From NCBI GenBank assembly GCA_051294375.1, contig CM119264.1, positions 8,410,268 to 8,474,267 on the forward strand: a DNA stretch of 64,000 bases, read 5' to 3'. Under the pieces are notes generated by a model that did not search any database, had not been told where the DNA came from, and saw only the letters and a list, made by a program, of their open reading frames with translations. The stretch comes from Paraspadella gotoi. Its lineage: Eukaryota > Animalia > Chaetognatha. Below are positions 55,471 through 64,000 of this stretch, piece after piece. Position 1 is the first letter of the stretch, and the number at the start of each line of letters is the position of its first letter. Both the position numbers and the translations under genes were made by a program.

Positions 55471-56297
55471 TTCTAATGTAAATACTAATATTTCGGGAGT
55501 TATACCTATAGGTTACATTCATTTATGTGCTAATAGCCTTTGCTTAACCTTTTCACCATCTTTTAAAATCCTTGTAAAATGAGTCCCCTGATGTCCCGCC
55601 GGCCAATAATACATCGATAATATTTTTTTAACAAAAGTTATTTTATTCTGTGTTATTCTATCTGTATTTTGGTCTCTGGTTTTATGGTGTTTGTCCTTTT
55701 ATGTTAAGAATCTATATATGTTTTTTCTAGACTCTGGTTTACTTCCATCATCAGTTTGTAGATTTGTCTCATTATTTTCATTTAATTGTTTAATTAAATT
55801 TATCTTTATTATTTTGACAAATTTTTTTTCGTTTTACATGAAATACAGAAACATTTTAATCGCATAATTTCATTGATTAATTTTGGTTAAAGAATTTGGA
55901 TTTAAAGTGGTTGGTAGTAATGGCACGTATTTTATTCATTTTTCCCTTTACACTTTTTTTCACGTTATTCTGTGATTTTTTCAAAGTTGCTATAGAATTA
56001 AAATCCGAAAATTATCTAACGAGATTGTATCGAAATTAAAAGGGGAGTGAAAGTGAGGAGTGTGGAGAACGATGGATAGTTTAGTCGAGACTAATCTAAT
56101 GTTGCGTGGCTGTAGCGCTCATTTTATTGGCATCTTTATGCCCTGTTACTATTAATTATATAAATAAATATTTATACGAGTTTTTATTTATCAAAGCATT
56201 TTAAACTATAATTGAGAAAAAAAATCTTAAAAGTTGTAGTTATCTTCGCTAGTACATTATTTATCCAAAAATATATATGAAGTACCGGGAAAATAAC

Positions 56298-56680
56298 GAA
56301 TGATTGGGATGGTTAATAATATTGATTAAAATAGTAATTGATTTGATTGTAATTTAGTGAATTGTATTTGATTAATAGTAATATGATTAGTGATTGGCGA
56401 CTATAAACCAAATGATTGGATTGCAATGATACCAAATAATTGTATTAGCGATGATAACCATTTTTACTGACCACCAAATATTGATTGTTAGATCCAATGA
56501 TTAAGTTTGCTGATATAAGCTAATTGATGGATGGATATACTCAATGAATTGATGCGATGTATAACCACATATTCATGCGATGATAACCAATGATTGATGC
56601 GATGATAGACATTCATTTGCTGTGTGTTATCATTGAAACGATGATAGGCATTTATAGATGCGATGTATAGTCATTTCATT
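56298..56680. repeat. Degenerate ~22-bp minisatellite (aatgattgatgcgatgataacc)
   Basis: gatgcgatg(a/t)ata and aatgattg recur at ~22-25-bp spacing. Confidence 0.7.
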
Positions 56681-58444
56681 AACCATATGTTAAATTTTCA
56701 TCTATAATATAATACAAGCATTATGCGTGTATGATTGAAAAGAGAGAAGAGAGAGAGAAGAGAGAGAGAGAGAGAAGAGGAGAAAGAAGCTGGGACAAAC
56801 GCTGCAAGAGCCCAAACTCCGTTTTACTCGTCCCTAGTGACGGGAGTGGAGTTTGGTAGGCCGATCGAACTTTATTTACAACGAAATGTTCCGCCCTGAG
56901 AACTGCTATTAGGTCACTCTCGATTTATATATGGTTTATCGTCGTTGCCCGTTATACTGCACCGGCGGTTTGAGGTGATCTAGGTCAAGTTGGTTTTTTT
57001 TTTATATCTCACGAATCGTTTCACGTTTACTCGCGGTCTCGTTATAGGTCATGTTCCTCGACATTGTTTACTAGAGTGGAGACTCAAGAACAAAAAATTT
57101 ATTTGAAATATCGAACAATGATATTTAGATGTGAGATAAGTATGAATTAACATAGTACAAAAAAATATTTCGTTCATATTATTTCGGGGGCAAAATATTT
57201 AATATTATTTGTAGTAATATCCCTTATAAAATAGTAAATTTTATAAAAATAATTTTTAATAAGAAACTTTTAATATAATGATTCAGATCTTCATATAAAG
57301 TTGATCTTATATATAAACATGTTTATCTTATTTACATAGATCTTACAATGTTTAAAATAAGAAAGGTAAAATTCCTGACTTTGTATTCTCTGTAGGTAGT
57401 ATATACTTATTATATGTTAATGAATCGTTTAGTCATTTTTTAGTGATTATACATTAATATTATATTAACATTTTTTGTTTCTTAAGTTGTTTAACCTGCG
57501 AATCCAAAATCATCTTAAAAATAAAAAAAAATTTATTTTTGAATTTAACGATGTTTATAAATGGGATATTACTATACATAAATAATTGAATTTCTAACTG
57601 TATGTATTTTTAAAAAGGATTAAATTGCATTAATTATATGTCCATAAGGCCACTTGTTAATCACTCAAATTTTTCATCACTCCACCGCTATTGTTTACTC
57701 TTGCCACGTAACGGCCACGAGGTTCAAGAAAAAAAAAAGCGCGAAAAATGGGCAGTAATACAGATTTCGATTCTCGAATAACGGATCCAAGATTGACCCC
57801 ATCCACCCAGAGCAGACATTTTTTGGGTTTTTACCTTAAATCTACCTTTTACTTTTACCTTATGTAAGGATTAACTGATAAACTTTTTATTAAATAAAAG
57901 AAGTGGCGACATGGAATCATTGGGCCATCACGGAAACAAATTAAGAACTTTGTTCAGCATTGTTTTTTAAAGCCATTTGAACAATCCTAAGAACTCAAAA
58001 CAGTTCGTGGCAACGCCTCACGAGACGCCTCAAACTTTCCGGTGAAAGTGCCAAGACGGGGATTCGCCACAGCAGTAATAAAAGTTTTTTAGAAGAAAAA
58101 ATAATCAGAGAGAGAGGAGGACAAAAGAATTAAAGGGGGGGGGGGAGCTGCTTATTAACGTTTTGTTTTGTAAATAAAACATTAAAAAATTTGATATTCA
58201 TATGAAAACATGACAATTTCAAAAGGTCTTGATGATTAAGAGCCATATCTATAATTTTCAACTTTCCCTATGAATATCACATTTTTTTATAGAATCAATC
58301 GGTATTCGTAGTACTTGTTTATATAAAAATAGATAAAATTGTTTTGTTAATAAACAAAAACTAATCCCGAGTATAATATGAAACATTACAATTTAGTTAT
58401 TCGCCCTATGGTTTGTGGAAATCCACCAAGAACAGACCGGAGAA

Positions 58445-58880
58445 CCGTTCCGTTTCGTTCCAGTTCCGTTCCGTTTTCGTTGTTTCGTATCCATTTCGTT
58501 CGTTTCCGTTCCGTTTCGTTCATTTCGTTTCCGTTCGTTCATTTTCGTTCCGTATCACACCCCCTCGTTCCGTTTTCGTTCCGTTTCGTTCCGTTTTCGT
58601 TCGTTTCGTTCCGTTTCCGTTCCGTTTCGTTCCCGTTTCGTTCCGTTTTCGTTCCGTTTCGTTCCGTTTCCGTTCCGTTTCGTTCCGTTTTCGTTCCGTT
58701 TTTGTTCCGTTTCGTTACGTTTCGTTCCCGTTTCGTTTCGCGTTCCGTTCCGTTTCCGTTCCGTTCGTTTCGATTTCGTTCCGTTCGATTCCGTTTCGTT
58801 CCGTTCGTTCCGTTTCGTTCGCGTTCGTTCGTTTCGTTCCGTTTAGTTCCGTTTCGTTCGCGTTTCGTTCAGTTCCGTTT
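58445..58880. repeat. ~430-bp degenerate pentamer satellite (CGTTC/CGTTT)n, i.e. a CCGTTTCGTT decamer
   Basis: Read directly; explains the three overlapping FRSV/PFRF ORFs. Confidence 0.95.
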
Positions 58881-59888
58881 TAAAAATAACGGTAAAGCCA
58901 TGTTGAAGCGGTTTTAAATCTGGCCCGGATCAACGCAATGATCAAGCCTTTTTTTGAATGAGTCCTCATTAGATAACCTCTCATTAAACCAGTTTAAATA
59001 CGGCAGGTTGGTATAAAATCGGCTTTACCGTGCGGATAAACGGACTTCATTCGTTTTGAATGTATTAAGTATAAATAGGACAAATTTAGCCCCGCGCTTC
59101 TACCTGAAACAGATTAGTTTAAACCAATACGTTTCTTTCGATGGTTTTAGAACCAAAAAAAAATGGAAAGGCTTTGACTAATCAGTTTTCAACCTAAACC
59201 AGTTCATTTGAATTGTTTATCAAGCATTAAAGATGGCAAGAATTTAAACGTTTCTTTTTTTTTTGTGTAAAGAAACAAAAAAGGCTATCCCGAAACCGTA
59301 CTGATATGTATCGATTTGTTCTATTTTACAAAAGAATCTAGCGGCTTTTTGGGAAAAGGAAACGGCCTGACCAGTCCATTAAATTACCCATTTTTGGGCA
59401 TGTAAAATGGAAATTTCGTCGCGCTCTAACCTCCGTTGGCTTTCCAAGACGCCAGCATTTCAGAATCTGCCATATTGATATAATTTTTTGGCGTGACTAT
59501 GCAGTTTTGAAAATAGAAGTGGAAATATAAAGGAAATCTTGAATCGGAAACTTCGATTCGAACGAGTGCGCAGCCTATTTTAATCTTTTATATGAATTCT
59601 TTATGAATCCATAGACGCGACTTCTTTTATTCAATTAAGGAAAAATCTTTTGTAATGAGTTTTCAATCTTCCTTCTCGCGATTTAATTCTATTTGTTTTC
59701 TGGAAAATACAACTTCCGTCTTTATTTTTTAAAACATTTATATTTTTTGTAGATTTTCTAGCGATAACAACTCGCTGGTTTTCGTTTTGTTGTGTTGTGC
59801 ACTATGGAGGAGAAAATGAGTGAGTGTGAGAATGAGAGAGAGACGAGAGATGAAGACAGCAGAGAGAGAGGAGGAGAGAGAGAGAGAG

Positions 59889-59940
<52 letters not shown>

Positions 59941-60156
59941 TTTGAGTGATGATCTGGATGATTCGGCGTCCGGTTGTCTGACTGTTTCTTCGGCTTCTCG
60001 CCGTCCGTAGGTTTTCCCTTTTTCCACTCATTTTTGTTTCTTTTTTTCTTCTTTTTCTTCTCTTTTTTTCTTTTTCCTTTTCTTTTTTTTCTTCCTTTTC
60101 GTTTCTCACTCGTCTTTCGCCTCCACACAATTGAAGGTTCTTCCTCCTTCGAAATA

Positions 60157-60193
<37 letters not shown>

Positions 60194-61296
60194 AAAATAT
60201 ATTATCAATACACAGTAATATTGAGAATATACACAGAAGAGTGTGAGAGAAAAGGGACTTTATTTTTTATCTTCAATAATCCTTCACGTAATTAATCGCG
60301 AAAAGTCACTTTTTATTAACAGAGAAAAAAAAGGGATGGAGGAATTTTCTTTCAAGATAGATAGAAGATGGATCACGAAATATTGGAAGTATAAAAGTAA
60401 AAAAATATATTAATAGTATTTAAATTATAAATGTTTAACGAGAAACATTCTTTTGATTATGAAAAATAAAAGAACTAATCTTTGAAGAATAAAATGCAAA
60501 TGTGGAAAGTCTTTTAAAAGCAAGTCTTTAAAAAAAAAAGCAAACGAGGAGTATTCTTTAAATGTAGAAAAGCAAATGAGTAACTTTAAAGAAAGAGAAG
60601 TGAAACGTCGAGTGAATAAATTTGACGTGGCCTTTCAGCGTCGCGTGAAAAGGCTTCTCTTCTCTTCACGTTCGACTCAGTTATTTTTTTCTTTGTGAGA
60701 CTCGGGCCTTTCTTTTTCTTCCTCTCGCTTCGCGTCGCTTTATTTAAAGAAAGCGAGTGAATCGTGAAGAGAATCGTCTCTGTCTCTGTCATTCTGCTCA
60801 CTTTTTATTTCTACGTTTCATGGTTCTCGATTTCATTCGTCTGCTGTTTATAAAATAAACTATATAAATATAAATCTTAAAAAATACATATTTTACTCCG
60901 CTGTTCTCATTCATTATTTTTGTTTTAAAGTTATTTAATGTACACTACTTGACAAATTGCTATTTTTTAGTCTCGCTCTGGCATCTCCTACTAGCTCGTT
61001 CACTCTCTCTCTTCCTCCCCAACCTACTGCAATTACCGTCCCATTTTTTTTCCTCTTTCCATATTTCTCTACGTCGTCTGTTCTTTTGTTGATTATTTTC
61101 TGCCGCCGCCGTCGCCGCCGCCAGGGTCGTCGTCGTCGGCGAATGATTGATGATGAATCATTTGCTTTGACAGGAAAAGCAGCTTCACTCTCACCCGAGA
61201 ATTTTGCAATTCAAATCTCCCCAGAGAGAACGAAATAGAGAGAGACAGAAGGCGAAAATAGAGAGAGAGAAGAGAGAGAGAGAGAGAAGAGAGAGA

Positions 61297-61330
<34 letters not shown>

Positions 61331-61424
61331 AGAGAGAGACAAGAGGAGAGAGAGATATTTCGAAAATTGCATCTGCATAAAATTTGGAAAGCTACGGAGC
61401 GGATAGAGACAGACAGAAACGGAA

Positions 61425-61503
<79 letters not shown>

Positions 61504-61516
61504 GAGAGAGAAGAAA

Positions 61517-61548
<32 letters not shown>

Positions 61549-61810
61549 AAAAGAGAGAGAGGAGAGATAAGTACATATTTAAAACAAGACGGTCCATTGA
61601 AGATAAATTGGTGACGTGCAGGGGGAAGAAAGAAGTATTTCACTCGATATGTGTCTCTCACTTTTTCCTCTGCTGAGATTTAGCAGAAAATTCCATCTTA
61701 AAGAATCCACGACGGTGATTCCCGTAAGAATTTTCGTGATGCAACATAAACAGTATCAAAATAGGTTCTTACTACTTACTACTACTACTTAGGTGAAAAT
61801 TTTTTATGAA

Positions 61811-61895
61811 CTTACCACAACTTAACACCACAACGCTCTCACCACAACGATTTCTCCACAAAGATTTCTCCACAAAGATTTCTCCACAAAGATTC
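61811..61895. repeat. 14-bp tandem repeat (GATTTCTCCACAAA x3 plus degenerate units)
   Basis: Read directly. Confidence 0.85.
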
Positions 61896-62039
61896 CCTCG
61901 CCAGGATCGAATTTCTTTCTTTTTTCTTATTCTTTTATTTTTCTGCCGGGGAATTTTCTCTTGTTTATCAACGTTAATGAGGCTTCTTTTCGAGAGACTG
62001 TTTGAAGATGTGATTAAACGGATGGGAATCTTAACTTTT

Positions 62040-62070
<31 letters not shown>

Positions 62071-62114
62071 NNNNNNNNNNNNNNNNNNNNNNNNNTCAGC
62101 GACGACAACTGAGC

Positions 62115-63015
62115 AGCGCGTTTCCTGAGGAACGCCTCCTCTCTTGATTTGGTCAATCAGAAGAAAAGACGGAGAAAGCCAGAGATACAAGCCACTAGAT
62201 AATCCATTCTCTGCGTTGGTAATCAAGAAACAAATTTCGGGGTAAAACCCTAAGGTAACATATGAGGCTAAAGGCCTTGTTAACCTTTATCACATCTTTA
62301 ACCTTGAAAAATGAGTCCCCTGATGCCGGCCAATAAATACATCGATATATTTACCCAAAAGTTATTTTACTGTGTATCATCAGATAAAATTGATCTCTGG
62401 AGTATAAAATTGGGTTAACTCCGTCCCTATTATTGTTAAGAATCTATATATGTTTTCTAGACTCTGGTATATTCCATTGTTTATAGATTGTCTCCATATT
62501 TTCATTTATTGTTTAATTAAATATCTTTATTTTGCAAAATATTTTTCAAAGTTTAACACTGAAAATACAGAAACAATCTATCGGCACACATTATTTGAAA
62601 ATTTTGAAAGAAATGATTAGTGGTTGGCGTAATGGGCACGATTTTTAAATTTTATCCACCATTTAACACTTTTTCACGCTATTTATGATTTTTTTCAAGT
62701 TGCAAGAATTAAAACCGAAAAAATATCAACGCGAGATTGTATCGAAATTAAAAGGCGGAGGAAAGGGAGGAGTGTGTTGAAGACGATGCCGCGAGCAGAT
62801 CAAAGTTGCGTTGGCGGTAGCGCCATTTATTATGGCCATTTATGCCCTCCCACACTATTAATTTTTAAAAAATATTTATAGAGTTTTATTTATCAAAGCA
62901 TTTTTAAACTATAATGAGCAAAAAAATTTCTCTTTTTTAAAAGTTGTAGTTATCTCGCTTAGGACAATTATCCAAAAAAAATAATGAAAAGTCCGGAAAA
63001 AACGAATGATTGATG
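62115..63015 (+). repeat. Direct copy of ~55370-56310 starting just after the last 25-N gap
   Basis: gataatccattctctgcgt, atgagtcccctgatg, gttaagaatctatatatgtttt, gagattgtatcgaaattaaaagg and aaagttgtagttatct are collinear in both. Confidence 0.9.
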
Positions 63016-64000
63016 CGAAATAACAAACAAAACCAATTAAAAACAACGACAAAACAAAAAATAACAAACCAATTGATAAAAACAAACAAAAACAAACCAA
63101 AAACGTTTTTAAGGATTCAAAAGCCCAATTCTGAGGGGAAAAAAAAAAGCCCTAAAAACTTGTTTATTTCATATTCTAAATAAAATCGTCTTCGGGGACC
63201 GGACGGCAACGGGGACGACCCGACGACTCCGGGACATTTTCTATTCGCAACGGCTAATTTTTCATCGGTTCTGAAGGGCAAAAAAGGAAACAACAAATTA
63301 ACAAAAAATAAAAAACAAACAAAACAAAAAATGAAAATGGAGATTTAAAGTGACCCAAAAAGACGTGCGCCGGCGCAAGTGATCGTCAATTTCGGATGCA
63401 CAATCGGAAACTAGGGCATTTTGAAGAAAATGCAAAACAGATATGACAGATGCAATCTTTGCTTCAGCAAGTCTTAAAAAAATTGCAAGGCCAAACTTAA
63501 CGCAAACCGGGTTATTTTCCATACGAGGGGCGGCCCAATCAATATTTTTTTTTTTCCGCTTTTTCCTATACTCGCTTCCTTATCGGCTCTTTCCTTATGC
63601 GCGCTCGTCTTTCTATTCGAAGAGTTCTCCAGTTCTCAAACCCAAATTCCACCAGGGACCCGGACCCTTCCTGAATTATATCTCTCAACCAACCCTTCTT
63701 CACAAAAAGCCAAGCAAGAGGAAGAGGAGGCTCTTGACCTATTGCGTTCAGTGTCGTGACTCGTGAGTACTGGATCACTTGTATCAAACTCCATTCGTCT
63801 TGTTGACCCCACTGATCCTTACTTCTCCACTTGATCGATCACCAAAAAATCAAAACGGGAATTCACACTAAATAAATACCCGGGAAATTCATTGCCTTCA
63901 CTTTTTCTTTTATCCAAATTTTTTCACCCTCCAAAAATTTTATTCCTTTTCCTCCTTCCTCCTTACTCCTCCTTCCCTCCTCCTCTCTTTTTCTCTCTCC

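Noticed and set aside
58378-58917. Three overlapping 143-179-aa ORFs
   Set aside because: Product of the stop-free (CGTTY)n satellite

Overview
Repeat-saturated eukaryotic (probably invertebrate animal) draft-assembly sequence, not prokaryotic. It is AT-rich, dense in (AG/CT)n, (GAC/TCG)n and (TTTC)n microsatellites, rich in CpG, and has seven N gaps (five of exactly 25 N). Nearly all ORFs in the track are microsatellite read-throughs. I recognise no gene by name and see no rRNA, tRNA, CRISPR array or intact transposase/RT. About 40% of the window is duplicated within itself: 7080-13570 reappears reverse-complemented at 13596-20700 and 21465-28518; 40890-47900 is a tangle of inverted and error-rich direct copies; 55370-56310 reappears at 62115-63015. 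These duplications abut 25-N gaps, and the two largest copies share identical errors, so they are best read as long-read gap-filling artefacts. After collapsing them, the main biological signals are minus-strand exon candidates. Two carry Pro/Ser/Thr-rich tandem repeats whose units differ at silent third-codon positions: an 18-aa PITQSxEPxLKITP repeat and a 9-aa STLPKELSP repeat. One ends in three tandem in-frame CAG|GTGAGT donors. There is also a five-E-box promoter-like cluster, a GC-rich TCT/ETS promoter-like region, and a ~3.7-kb strand-skewed element flanked by direct repeats (retroelement-like, sequence too noisy to classify). I found no well-supported novel multi-gene system. Coordinates of degenerate repeats are approximate.
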